Source: Camelus ferus
Lineage: Eukaryota
Length of the DNA stretch: 64,000 bases
NCBI RefSeq assembly: GCF_009834535.1
Contig: NC_045696.1
Span: 45,882,001 to 45,946,000 of the forward strand
Reading direction: 5' to 3'
Part shown: positions 12,441 to 26,249 of the stretch, piece by piece
How the letters are laid out: each line of letters starts with the position of its first letter
Numbering within the stretch: the first letter of the stretch is position 1
The notes under the pieces: generated by a model
Database searches by the model: none
Told to the model about the DNA's origin: nothing
The model's input: only the letters and a program-made list of their open reading frames with translations
Position numbers and translations under genes: made by a program

Positions 12441-13829
12441 GTAATCAAGGAAGAAGTTCTGGGCAATCTCACTGACTTTTCAGAGATTAAGTTTTTGGTT
12501 ATAGCACTAGGCAAGCAATTCAGACCAGCTGAAGCTCTGGCCAAAGATGAGAAAAATCTAGAATGGGTCCCAGAGGAAAGGGATAATGAATATCTGTCAT
12601 GATGCTGGAAGCAGTGGCAGCACTGGGGACTAAAGTCTGTTTCACTAAGACTGTACAAAATCATGTTAAGATTCCAGATGATTATCACTTTGAAGTATCA
12701 GAAACAGAGTGAACTTAATGAGGAACATATGGAAATCTAGATAATGCAAGTGGACCAGACAATGCTGGTGCAATGGGTCACATCCTATCAACCCACTTGT
12801 GATTTCATTCTCAGCTGCAGCAGCAGACAGTTCTACGTGAACTCAAACTTACCTAACGCTGACAGCAACACACGTTAAGTATGCATCCTTTTGTATTTTG
12901 CCTCAGAACCTTCTCCAACATTGTAAGAACTTGGAAGTACTGACAACAAATGGCAGTGGTAAGGGGAAATCTAATATGCCTAGAGAGAAACAACCAACCA
13001 ATGAGGAGTTGTAGCCTGCATACTAATACTCCAGCCTCCTGTCCTCCAGGTGGAAAAATCTGGGCAATATTATGTGCATTTTTCAGAAGATGCTGCAGGA
13101 ATTGATCCCTGCTGCCCACAGCAGCCACTTTGAGAAAGTACTGTTACATTGAATTCTTTTCCTTCCCAATCTCACTGTCCCCTGTCTCTCACTTCTGAAA
13201 CTTCAAATTGATACCAAAATAAACTACCTGTACCCAAGCCTTTCCCTTAGGTTCTGCTTTCATGAGGAAACCAAATTAAGACAATCAGCTTGGTAACAGA
13301 CTTGTTATCAGTATCAGTATATACAGGGAAACTAAATTTCTATACTAAGCCTAACTATTATCAAGCATGAAAGCAAAACATATTTTCAGATAAGCAATAC
13401 ATAATTCTTACCTCCTATACACCTCTTATCAAAAAATAATCTAAGATTTGAAAAAGTATTCTGAGAAATAAGACTTGAAATCCATCAAACAACATTAACT
13501 GATTCAGGAGTAAAAATGTAAAGAAATTCTGGATAATAATAGTGCACCACACATAGCAAGTATTCAGTTAAAATTAGAAAATTTTAAGGCCAGAGTATCT
13601 CCAAGAATGCTTTCAAGAAAAAAACAAATTCCATGTAACATATATTATTATTAAGAAGTTGGAATATATTTGCAGTATTATGAAAAGTACATAGTTAAAC
13701 TTTATTTTAGCTTTATTTTAAAGTAAATAGGTTAAAAGGGAATAGGAAATTCTGGGAAAATGTTTCCAAAAAAAGTTATGCTTCAGATCTGAAGCAACTA
13801 GTAGATGGTATGATTTATTTTACTTTATC

Positions 13830-14780
13830 TTTTTTTTTTAATTAACAGAGTAAAATTGGCTTTTTATGTATAATTCTTTGAGTATTAACACATATTAATG
13901 CCACTACCAGCAGGATACAAAACAGTTTTCCCAATTCCCAAAAATCTCCAGAATGCTTCTCCTCTGTAGTTACACTATCTCCCTATGTCTAACCTTTGGC
14001 AACCACTGATCTTTTGATTATCACTACAGTTTTGCCTTTTCCAAGATGTCATATATGTGCAATCGTACAGTAAGTAACTTTTGAAACAGGCTTCTCAACA
14101 CCACATAAGACCTTCAAGATCCATCTGTGTTGATGTGTTGATCAACAGTGTGTTCCTTTTCACTGCTGAGCAGTATTCCAGTGTATCCATGTGCCATAAT
14201 TTATCTATTCACTCACTGAAGAACTTTGGATCATTTCTGGCTTTGGTCAAAGAGCTTCTATAAATATTTGTATACAGGTTCTGTGTGTACATAAGTTTTC
14301 ATTTCTCTAGGGTAAATACCTGAGTGGGATTGTTGGGTCATACAATGAGTGCATATGTAATATATAAGAAACTGCCGGACTGTTTTCCAAAGTAGCTGTG
14401 CTGTTCTGCATTCTAGTCTACTAACAAAATATTGGCAATGCAGCTACTCCACATACTTGTCAGCACATTAAACTGGCATGTTTGCTTTACTTTGTTTTAT
14501 TTTTCAGCTATTTTACTATGTATGCAGTGGTAACTGATTGTGGTTTAAGTTTGCATTTTCCTAATGACCAATAACATGGAGTATTTTTTCATATGCTCAT
14601 TTCCATCACTATTTGCTCTTTTGTGAAGTGACTGCTTATTTGCTTACTTTAAAAACTGGGTTGTTTGCCTTATTACTATTGAGTTTTGAGTGACTGCTAT
14701 ATGTTCCAGACTTAAGTCTTTTATTAGATGTGTGATGTTCAAGTACATTCTCTGTTTGGAGCTTATCTTTCATTATCACT
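13830..14780 (-). mobile_element. LINE-1 3' region (L1MB/MC-like)
   Basis: ggcaaccactgatct, ataagttttcatttctctagggtaaatacc, aagaaactgcc..actgttttccaaag. Confidence 0.85.
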
Positions 14781-17700
14781 TGATTTGGAACAAGGATTTA
14801 AATATAAGAATGTGAATCCATTTGACCTGTCTCTTGCAAGATTCTCATTCTCTTTGAAACGATATAGGATTACATGCCTTCTCTATAGATCTATTCACAA
14901 TATTTTATAATCATTAAATTATAGAAGCCCTTTATTCGTCATTTTTAAAACCAACCTATAAGCAAAGCATCTTAAACTCATTTTTAATTGAATTCTATTA
15001 ATTACTTACTTCACAGAATGTAAATGTTACAAACTGAAAAATACGTAAGAAATTATATGGTACACAGAAGTGAACACTAAAGGTTATGAGGGGTGAACAG
15101 ACAGTGGGAAGAGAGTCTTATTTTTCTGCTGTTTCATAGTGATGCATCTTGAAATAGTTCTAAAATTGATGAAACAGAAAAAAAGATTTAAGTATTTTAG
15201 AATAAGTGAAAACAGTAACATTGGTAGCAAAACTCAGGAGGTGATAAGACATCAATGTCACTAGACATGAGTTCATTCCTAATCAAATGAAAACATGACT
15301 AGAATGTGCAGTCACAAGATACTGTCTCAGTAGAAAAGATTAGCAGTAAAATTTTACTTGACATTTGGTGCTATTTTAAATTGTTCATACTTCTACATGC
15401 ATGTGTTAAATAAATATGTACACATATATTTATATTAAAATGCAGTTCTATATTATGGACAGTTAAAGGCATATGGGAAAGTAAAAAAGGATAAAAAAAC
15501 AAGAGCTTTGAGAGGAGAATCACAGAGGAAAAATACTGCAAAGAAAATGAAAGACAGGCCCAGGCAGATAAAGGAAAAGAGGTAGAGAAAGAAATGTAGA
15601 CTGACAGAAACACAGTGAAAAGGGGACATCAGTGATGGAGACTGACCTCCATGGAATAATACTGTCAACTTGTGGCCTTTTAAGACATTGCAACCAGAGA
15701 ATTTTTCAAACATTTTGAAACATCGCAAAAATCTCATAAAATGTTTTGTGTCTTAAGACGCAAGAATCCAATTTTCTTTGAAAGTGAGATGTCACTAATA
15801 ATTGTGAGTGAATATTTTCAATTAAACAAACAAACAAAAACAACCCCAGGAATATATCTAAAAATCCAAACTTCAAGAATGAAATACTGGCCAGTTTACT
15901 TATTCAACCAGAGCATTTAAGTTATTTACAGAAGGACTGTGCAATCAAATATTAGAAAATTCCTCTGAATACTTAAGACCCTGGAATAAACTTTTTAAGC
16001 ATAATTGTTGGGATGAGAGCCTTTCTATGTATCTAATTTGTAACTGCTGGTGAAAAATTCCATGGACACATCTCTAAGTTCATAGATAACTTTCCATGTC
16101 TCCAACAAGTACCTGCCTCCCAAGCTTCAGTAATCCTCACCAGTGAGGTACAGGGGAAAAGGGAGATAATGATAATTTAATTTTACCATTTGAACTAAGT
16201 ATTTGGTAACTTCTTTTTAATCTATAGTTGGAGCATGGATCTGTGGCAGTGGTTTGGAGGAGCAGGGAAAGAGGGGGCTGGTAGGGAGGAAAAGGAAAGT
16301 ACTGCTCAACAGCAGGTGACACTAATGCTATAAATCCTAACTATACGGATCTATGCTCCAAATATAGCATCTCAGGACCACTGTGAAACTTCTGCAAACA
16401 CTCATCATGTCTTTTACGAAAACAAGGCATCAAATAAATAGTCCCACTAGAGAGCTACTTGACTCATTTCTACATCCTGTACAAGAATTTCAGCAGTTCT
16501 GAAAGTGTAATTGATTTATCATGGGAAGAAACTCAAGCTTCCCATATCCACTAAGGGAGAAAGCTAGGTAGTTGGGGGGGGGGGCTTTTAACCACTATCA
16601 CCTCCTATTATCTCATGGCAAAAGTGGACCACTGGCCTAAACATCAGTGGTAAATTACAAAAACATCCATGAAAGAAAGAATAAATAAAAGAACCATATG
16701 TCTATATGTATAGACCCCAAACTTCTTATTACTTTTTTACTCTCCCTTAGGAGGAAGTTAAGTTAGCTTTATTGGATCAGCCTATTTCTAGCTATTACCA
16801 AGCTTGTTTCATTTTACTTTCAATTGTTCATTAATGAGGAAATGTGTCACATACCTAGCGGGGACTCATAATTAAGTATTTCAAAAAAGTTTTAGAGTTC
16901 AAAGGTTAACTTTATATTTTTCCTAATATTGTTTCAGCAGATCAGCGCTCCAAGCTTTGGTCAAGCTATCTGTGACAATGAATTGCTCTAAATTCTGAAA
17001 CTGGGAAACCTGTTACACCATTTCAAAAATAGATCATAGTAGGTTTTTAGAATATGTTTGTTTTTTCCTTTAAAACCTCTATGTGAATGATGAGGGTTAA
17101 AGCTGATGCTTCCAGCAGGAGAGACCCATATAAAGGAAAAGATGTATTATCAATCAGCAGTTGCTGACTTAAATTATTTTTAACTTGCTTAAATATATAC
17201 AAACATACAACATTATAAATTCCTCATGTGCCTAATTCTCTCCCAACTGTAAAACCAAGCATTTATTTCAAATACTAAAAAAAAAAAAAAAAAAAAGAAA
17301 AAGAAAAAATCAAGAAAATAAAAATTCAGAGTGACAGCATTAATGTGATGAGTGACATTTTGTTGAAGCTAAACTAAAATTCACAATATGAATATGGTAC
17401 TGACTGCTGTTGTGTAAGGCAGTTGAGTTTCAGCAATCTAGTGATGGTGTGATGGCACGATCCCTTGGCCACTTTTCTCTAAATACTCATGTCCATGTCA
17501 CCTCTGTTCCTTTGTGATATCATTTGACCTTTACTTGGTGCAAATATTTCATTTGCATTGCAATCAGCCCGTTTTCTTCTTCTCAGTCTACTACAAGTGG
17601 TACATTACTCTATCTCAGCTCTTTCATAATATCAGATCCCAATATTTTATGTAGCTTAATAAAGTTTCAATGTATGAAATTGTTTTTAATAGAAATGTAT

Positions 17701-20049
17701 CACTATAAATTTACCTCTAACTTTTAAAAAGTCAGACATGAAAATTGTGTCAGATACCATTTTGATATAAGAACCCAAAGGTAGATATCCTCATAACAAA
17801 AATTCAAACATGAATATCATGACAGATAGTAACCACTTTAATATTAAGAAATGCTAAGATAATTACAGATACGCTTAATACGTTAAAAACTAAATGCTAT
17901 CAACTATGGTAACCACTTATTTTGAACAGAATCACAAAACTAATACTAAATTAACAACTAAAATTGTTGGGGAACACTCAGTTTTAACTTGATCATGGGG
18001 TAATTCAGAATATTCTTAAATTGACTTAGAGTAATATTGAAATAAAAAGACAATTTTAATGTTTACAATATTTTAGGATATATAGTTTATTTAACATTTC
18101 CTGGCAACACATACATGGAATTTGGTTTGAGAAACACTAGATTAAACAAAGCAAGTTTTTAGGAGCCAACTGTGGGGAAATAATCTTAGAGTCTGTAGTC
18201 AATGTCTTCCTCAGAGATACATGCCAACAGATGGAAAAAAATGCCTCCACATATGTGAGGTTTTCACTTTTTCTGACTTTATCAGTTATTTTGTTTCAAT
18301 TTCTAATTATTCTGGGACAAACAGTAATTCACTGATATGCAAATTCTGCAAAATTAATTAAAATCATCCAGGAATAGCAACTTTAAACATCCATATGGAA
18401 ATAATTCTTGGTACGTGTGACATCTTCTTTAGAAATAAAAAAGAATAGAGTTTCTCTAATCATGATAGATAGTTTTTATGTAGTACAAAAAAAAATACAA
18501 TTCATATTCTGAATTTAACACAGTGTATCAGCTCCAGTGGGGTTTTGAGTGTAATTTAGTACTCTAATTCTAACTCTGTAAGTACATCTGAAAAGAACTT
18601 TCCCACATACGCAGAGGGAGCATGAAGTTTAGTGCAGCTATATGTAAACATACTCTGAAGGGAGGTGAACACTGTCTTTGACTTTCTGTTAGGAGACAGT
18701 CTCAAGAGAGGAAGTTTCAAAGCCAAAATAAGTATAATAAAATGGAATAAGCATGTTTAAAGTACACAAGACTTGGATTTTAAAAGACATATATTTATTT
18801 ATAAGTTTCATTCCCACCACTCACTTGTTATGCAATCCTAGGCCAATGGAGAAAGCAATGAGAATTTAATGTGCAAAGTAATACGTAATATAAAGAATAC
18901 TTTTCATACTCAATTGCAAAACTTAATTTAGATTACTGTTCTCTATTTGACAAAAACAGTGATATCGACAATGCTCTAAGTTTTCAGTTTAGTAAACAAA
19001 AGCAGATGTTTTTCAGTAAAGACATCATCCGTTGAGGACATAAGACAACCTCACCTGATTTCTATCTGATTCCTTATCATATAAAATAATAGCCTTTTGT
19101 GAATTCTTGAAAAGAAATATTATTCATAATATTTACCTACCTCCAGACATCAACTTCATAAACATGTATTAAACATCGTCTATGTTTTAACTATTTTGAT
19201 AAGTAATAAAAATGATATAAAGATGTCAAAAGGAATAAATTATCACAGACCTTTCAGTCTAATAGGTCTACCTCACACACAACTGTCAACCTCACCAGGC
19301 AGCATCTGATAAATGTAATAGGGTAGATACGAAGTGCTACAAAAAAAGGGAAGAGAGAAATAATTTCCAAGATGGGAAATCTTGGTAGTGTCCATGTAAG
19401 ATGTGGCCTTTAGCCTCTACCGTTATAAAAACTACTTTCAATTTGTAGGGATGCATGCATATTGTAAATTGCATTCTACATGAAAGAAACCATAAACCCA
19501 ATGGAACTAAATAAAGAGATATGCTTAGAGAACAGTGAATCACTTCATATGGCATGATTTTGAAATTCTTTAAAAGTGTTTAGTAGGAGATATGGTTGAA
19601 AACAGGCTAGTGCCAAATCATGAAAGGATCTGAAAGTAAATTTAAAGAATTTACATTTCATATAATTGAAATATATTACATTGTATGTGTTTTGAGACGA
19701 AGACCATGATGAGACAGAAGTGAGGAATAGAAAGACCAACAAGCAATTGTGGCGTCTGAGTTACTGCTGGACCAAGAATTGTAGAAAGAATAGAACAGAC
19801 AAAAACATAATACATAGAATCTACAGAATTCCTTGATTGATAGGATGCTGGATACAGAGGAAAAATGTATTACACAATTTTGAAGTTAAGATCCTAGGCA
19901 ACTTAGGATATGGTAGTATTATTATAAGCAGTGCATAAGAAAAGAGGACAGAAATGAAAAAGAAAAGTTAGGGAGAAATTATGAACAAATAGCCACCCAG
20001 AGGACAACACAGTCTGTCTTAAACCCACAAAGTGAATATTCCTAATTTA

Positions 20050-22200
20050 AACTGTAGCATAAAACACAAAGACCTACATTCTCATGGACAGTTTAACTAA
20101 AAAGGAGATAACAATAACATATATTTAGGTTGGTCTTCACTTTAACTATGGACCAAAAAAAAATCTTTCCTTGGAATTATAACCAAGAGCCTGATTTTGT
20201 GAGTTTGTATGTGAATTTACACTATCCACATGATCCAGAAAAACCAAGCTGAGAAAACTCAGCAAAAATGGTCCTGGTTTTTAATTACCCTATGAGTTTA
20301 TTAAAAAAAACAAAAAGGCAATCTATTCTTAAACAACTTAGGTGGTTTAGGATTAAAACGGGTAATAGCAAGCGCTTCAAACATTTGCTCACAATCCACA
20401 ATTTCAAAACACATGAGGAGATTAACAACCATGAATAAGCAGAAACAACCACAATGGGTTTAGAACTCAAGGGTTTCAAATATTTAAGTTATCAAAAAAA
20501 CTATCATAAAATAATTATGCTTAAAATGATAGAAATAAAGGATAACTGAAAATATGAATTATAATATACAATTTAAAAAGAACAGATGTATTTAAAATAG
20601 GAAACAGAGTACTTTAGAAATTAAATGTAATGTATTTCATTGCAATTAAAAATACAAAGTATAGGATAAAGGGCAGATTAGATACAAGGAAAGAATTAGT
20701 TAACTGCACTAAAGAATTATCTAATGTAATTTCCTAAAGTACAGTATAGAAAGACAAAGTTTTGGAAAATATTAGAGACAGTTTAAAAGCATTGAATGAT
20801 CAAGTCTAAAAACACCAAATCGCAGCACTAGAAGAGAGAAGAGTACATGAAGGAGAATCAAGATTTAAAGCTAAGAGGTTTACAGATTGAATTAGACACT
20901 TGTATTTTCAAGTAAAAGCACAATTTGTTCACACTGAACTAAATAAAAGCAAGTCATAGCTCAACTGATCAAGTTGAAACTACAGACTATAAACACTAAG
21001 AGAAGATCTTAAAAGCACCTAGAGACAAAAGGCTGAATTCTTCAAAGAAACAGAAACCAGAATGAAAAAATGTTCAATATAAATAATGGAAGCCAGAAGA
21101 CAGTGGACTAACATTTTAAAAGTATGGGAGATTAACACTTATAAAAATCAGATTATTTGTATATATTTGTATTCTTGACTATATAAATATAATTAAGAAA
21201 AAGGGTAAAATCAAGGCATTTTTAGACAAACAAGTTAGAGCTTTTATCACCAACAAATACCATTAAAGAAGTTCTTAAAATATATCTTAGGGAGAAGGAA
21301 AATAACACCAGAAGGAAAGTCACAAATATATATTAGAAATATTAAGTAAATATAAATATAAATATAAAAATTAGAATAGCAATTTCTAATTTGAAAGTCA
21401 CAAATATATATTAGAAATATTAAGTAAATATAAATATAAATATAAAAATTAGAATAGCAATTTCTAATTTGAGGGTTAAAAAAACACAGAAGTACTGGAT
21501 AATTATGATACAGAAGAGGAGAACATGATGATTGAAACCAAAGTTTTCTTAATTTCTTGGACTGCTGTGGAAGTTGAATATGTATATTATAATTTTAAGA
21601 GTAAACTTTAAGAGTATATAGATCTAAAAATAATAAGAAGTTTTATATTCCACCAATAAAGGCAACTACTTTCAGAGCAATTAGCAATATCTAGCAATTC
21701 TGAAGAGTTTATACCTACTACTCAGAGGCATATTTTTGAGTATATAAGCAGATAAATGATCATACATGTTCTTAAGGAGATATTTCAAAAAATAATACAA
21801 TAATAAAATTTATTAACAACCTAAATGTCTATCAAAAGAACAGGCAAATGTATTTTGACATAATCATACATTAAAATGTTAAACAATAATGAAAATGAAT
21901 TCAACAATATTCAAAATAGAGAAATCATAAATATTTTGGGCAAAAACCTACATACTCAATGATTCCACCTATAGAGAGATGAAAACATGCAAGGTAAGAC
22001 TACAAACTTTATAGGGCTATATATATATTGAGCAAAAATATAAAGAAATAGATGATATTGATAAACATTAAAACTGAATTAATGGTTTCCTCTACCAGGA
22101 AGTAAAAGTGATTCAATTATTTTATTTCTTAAATAGTGAGAACATACATGTTCCATAAATACATCTTTTATAAAATTCTACCTGTCTATTATTTCATAAT
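20050..22200 (+). mobile_element. Ancient L1M/HAL1-like remnant
   Basis: Strongly A-biased; motifs agaagatcttaaaagca, aatggaagccagaagacagtgga, acaacctaaatgtctatcaa. Confidence 0.6.
21315..21472. repeat. Perfect 78-bp tandem duplication
   Basis: Units start at 21315 and 21393 (gaaagtcacaaatatatattag...tttctaattt) and are identical. Confidence 0.95.
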
Positions 22201-22724
22201 AACTTAAGTGAATAGAAGTTTGTTGTTATAATTATTTGCATGATGTTTAGGGTGAAATGCTAAGTGATAATGAAAGCTGTGGAATAATGAAAAAAGTGCT
22301 TGGCCTCAAAACCAGTTTCAATCCCTCCTCTCCCTCTGTCTCTGAAATCTTGTTACCATTTTTTGTTATCTGCTTGTTTTGAAATCTCAGTAACATGTTT
22401 TTACCTCTTCAGGCCTAAGAAGACCTGTGAGGGGACAAGATCAAAGCACAGCCAAAGGCTTTAGCTTTCGATATAAGAAGACAGTCTTCTAAGGAAGATA
22501 AAAACATAATTTTGATACATGCAGTTTTGAACTGCCCAGTCTAGTATTTGAACTTTTTAACTAGAAAACACAATGAGAACATGTCTTAAAGAAGTGGCTT
22601 GCATTATTCATTTCAGTATTATTTTCATTTTGCTATGATGTGCTTCATGTGTGATTATTATTTCTCACTCTAGGTCTGCGGGGGGTACTGCTAAGTCAAT
22701 TTGTGGATTTAAGTAGCAGGTCAG

Positions 22725-22930
22725 CTACATCAAGTACTGCTGGGGCTTTGAGTAAACTGATAAGAGAAAAATGTCCACCTGGTTTGGCAACACGAAGCCA
22801 CCTCTGACCTTGACAAAGCAGCTTTGATAGAGCAGTTGGGCGGGAGGCAAAACTGGAGAAGTGCTGAAAAGTAAAAAGAAAGTGAATAGAAGGAGATATG
22901 TGGAATCTGTTTCATTACAAAGAGCAGAAA
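22725..22930 (-). mobile_element. L2 LINE reverse-transcriptase remnant
   Basis: ccacctggtttggcaacacgaagccacctctgaccttgacaaagcagc; minus frames faintly echo the L2 RT motif LQSGF..HSTETAL.KV. Confidence 0.6.
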
Positions 22931-22958
22931 AAAAAGTATAAGCTAGTAGCAAGAACTA

Positions 22959-23056
22959 GGGGGAGGGTATAGCTCAGTGGTAGAGCACATGCCTAGAATG
23001 CAGGAAGTCCTGGGTTCAATCCCCAGTATCTCCATTAAAAAAGAAAGAAAAGAAAA
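22959..23056 (+). mobile_element. tRNA-derived camelid SINE (Vic-1-like)
   Basis: GGGGAGGGTATAGCTCAGTGGTAGAG (A box), GGGTTCAATCCC (B box), A-rich tail. Confidence 0.9.
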
Positions 23057-23139
23057 CAGCAATGCCGCCCACCATGTTTTTAATGGGAATTAGAAGAGTA
23101 TGTTTTGTACCGATCCATTAGAGAAAAGTCGACAATGTG

Positions 23140-23770
23140 GATGTTCCACAACTATTTCAGATTCAACATTTCCAGTGTTGAATTCATCATCATCCCACCC
23201 ATCCCACCTCCCTCCAGTCAGCCTGTCCTGCTCTCATCCCCCAATAAATTTAGAGAAGCTGTTACCTAAACCAAAAGTCATCCTAGACTGCTTTGCCTCT
23301 GTCAGTTTTCCACATGCAGTTCATCACTAAGTGTTACAAAAGGTACCTCCTAAATTATAAAAGTCCTTCTCTTCCCCATCCTACTACCAATATCCTGATT
23401 CAGACAATCACTGTCTCTCAGACGGACAATTTTCACAGCTTCTAGTTGATCTCTCTGGCTCCAGTGTTACACTGTAACATCTCCCATTTATTTTGCTCTA
23501 ACACATCTGCTTAAAATCCTATGATGGTTTCCCAACAACAAAACCTAATCTCTAAGCTTAGTTTCTGGGAACATCCAACCAGTGTTCTTAAGCAACAGCC
23601 CTACTTATATATGCTGGCACATAATACACTACTTCAAATCTTCAATTCTTGGCAAAAACTGCCCCATTTGACCTTATGGTTACTCTTCTTTAAAAATGTA
23701 GCTCAGCCATCATCTCACCCTGGAAGTTATTCCCTCTTCAACTTCACCATCGTGAACCCTTCCCCTATGC
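23140..23770 (+). mobile_element. L2 LINE fragment, resuming at about 24390-24580
   Basis: Pyrimidine-rich L2-like motifs; 3' end cccagcatctagcatagtt...gtattgaatg. Confidence 0.6.
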
Positions 23771-23773
23771 CCC

Positions 23774-24384
23774 TGTGGTAGGCGGAATCCTAAAATGGTC
23801 TTCCAAGATTTTCTGCCCAGTTCCCAGAACTGTGAATAAGATGAGAATTCATTCAAGCTCATTGATTATGTTAAGTAATAAAGGTGATTTTACAGATGTA
23901 ATTAAGGCTACTAATTGGTTGGCCATGAGTTAATCAAAAGGGAGATTATCCAGGTAGCTATTCATCTAACTACACGAGCCCTTTAAAAGCATAATGTTCT
24001 CTGGCTGGTAGCAAAAGAGGGAGTCAGAAAGATGCCAAGCATGAGAAGATCCAACAAATTACTGCTGACTTGAAGATGCAAGGGGCCACAGGATAAGGAA
24101 TATGGGAGAGGCCCCTGACTGACAGCCAACAATAAAAGAACTTCAGTACTATAACCATAAGGAACTAGATTTTTCCAGAAATGTGAATGAGCCTGAAAGT
24201 GGATTATTCTCTAGACCCAGACAGGCTGATACCTTGATTTTTGGCCATGTGAGGCCCTAGGCAAAGAACGCAATTGAGCCTGCCCAGACTTCTAACTGAT
24301 CGAAGTCTGAGGCAATAAACAGGTACTGTTTTAAGTTTGCTCAGTTTGTGGGTATTTGTTATACAGCAACTGAAAACTAATACA
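23774..24384 (+). mobile_element. MLT1D/E-type MaLR solo LTR
   Basis: TGTGGTAGGC start, gagattatccagg, ccttgatttt, AATAAA, ends GAAAACTAATACA. Confidence 0.9.
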
Positions 24385-24586
24385 ACTCCACAGTTACGGA
24401 GCCGTGTTTGTGTTGGCTCCCACACAAGCCTTTCTTATTTATGAGGCTCTCTCCTCAATTAGTTTGTGAGCTGCTTAGGTTAGAAATCATGTTTAAACAA
24501 TGTCTGTACTCCCAGCATCTAGCATAGTTCTTGATACATGGGGTGGGGAGGTGTTCAACAAGCAAGTATTGAATGTCTCAGGGGGA

Positions 24587-25030
24587 TGTTACTATGTTCG
24601 TTGAATCCTATAAGAAGCAAACACTGAGATGGAGTTAGGGGTGTGAGGAATTTGTGGAGGTGGGGAGGGATTCAGGCCTGTGAAACTAAAAGACAGAAAG
24701 GCTGAATTGGTCATGGAAAGATTTGGGACTTCAATGCATATCTGAAAGAGTCACGGCCTACCCAGAGCAATGAGTCTGGAGCTCCAGACCAATAAGTATC
24801 CTTAAGAGGAGTCCCATGTTGCACAGAAATGACCAGGCACAGTACCTCCAACCTGCTCGGTCATGGATCAGGGGCTGCCTAGGAAAAGCATTACCTTGGC
24901 TCAAGAGATGAGGTGAATCCTAAAGGTGCCAAAAGTAAAAGCTGTCAGTTAACTGTACCCCTTGCAGATGAGGTGCGTAAGTTCTTTCCAGAAGGAAGAT
25001 CTAAATAACACAGCTCCATAGCCACCGTAT
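24587..25030 (-). mobile_element. Old ERVL-type solo LTR (LTR33/LTR16-like)
   Basis: agaagcaaacactgagatggagttaggggtg...; overall pattern only. Confidence 0.55.
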
Positions 25031-26249
25031 TGTACGAGAGATCACTCTCTCTTAAGTAAAACATAAGCTCTACTCATCAAGTGGAACCATAAGGTTTTCT
25101 TCCAGAAAGAAGGCAATGAAGAAAGGACTCCAAAATGACAGTAACGAAAAATTTACTTAAGAATCAATCCACTATTTTACAACAAAAGTTGCAGTGATTA
25201 CACTTCCTCCTAATATTGATGGTTGTGTTTTTCCCAAAGCAGAGAATTATTAGTCAATTGTAACTTCCCCAAGGTTTTGGCAAAAAAAAATATTCTCACC
25301 TCAAGGGTGTATCTTCAGTTCTGAGAAAAGTTTGTTTTAATAAACACCAATGATAACTTTAAAGGAGTTTGATTTTCTCAGCATTGTTAAAATGAAGTTT
25401 TAAAGAGAAAAGTCTACTTTCTTAGATTGTTCTGTCTGAATTCATATATCTTCATTCTTAGGCTGCTTTTTGTATTTGTTTCAACAACTCTTATTTGGAA
25501 TTGAATAAGTTTGAATTCTAAGCAAAACTACTGAAAGCTTCCATTATCATTTCACAAGTGTCAAAAAGAACTAAAAGCTGTTCTTTTTAAGAGGACTGAG
25601 TGTTTTAGAGGAGAAGTCTGGCAATGTACTAAAGGAAGAGTTATCTTCAAAGGCAACTGCCAAATCACGTTCTTTGATGACTCTCATGTTTCAGAGTATC
25701 GACATCGCAAGTGGAAATATGACCATTAAGGATACATTTTTTACCAAACCTTCTACATTCTTGTTTATGAGTATATGAGTATAAAAGTTCCCAATACAAA
25801 CTGTCCTCAGAAATTTAGTTTTTGATTTAATTATTTCAAATGGCATGTTCACAACTATAAGCCTGGATGAGACAATGTATTGTGATATCCTTAGTGATAT
25901 TGGTTTTCTCCTCATCCAGCTTCTGGCTTGGGGATTGGAACATATCCTAATTGCCATATTGAGGCTTAGTTATATCACAATAGATTTAAATACATGACCA
26001 TAAAGCATTATTGCATTTTTCAGATTAACACAATGTTTAGAGGTATAAGAAGGCTAAGAAAAATCCACCATTAATTTCATTTACCATAATTCATTCTAAT
26101 TCTGGTTTCAATTTGCTACTTTCTTACTAACCAGCCAGAAAAAAAAATCACTTTAAAGAAAAATCTAACTCTTTTTCACATCCATTATCAATGGTAAAGA
26201 CAGAAGCCCAGAGCTCTGTGTGCCACTTTGTGTGAACCTTAAACGGGGC

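Larger units (their letters stand above)
10249..13283 (+). mobile_element. Internally deleted ERVL-type provirus with two LTR16-like LTRs (~10249-10780 and ~12760-13283)
   Basis: Starts TGTGG, ends AAGACA; both LTRs end in AATAAA..acctg.ac..aag.c.ttt..ct..a..; flanked by ttcag/atcag (5-bp TSD, one mismatch). Confidence 0.65.

Noticed and set aside
22959..23035. Possible tRNA gene
   Set aside because: It has A and B boxes, but the A-rich tail and two diverged sister copies (one with a 16-bp TSD) identify it as a SINE.
25590..25957. Overlapping open frames on both strands
   Set aside because: No recognisable protein, no convincing splice or start context.
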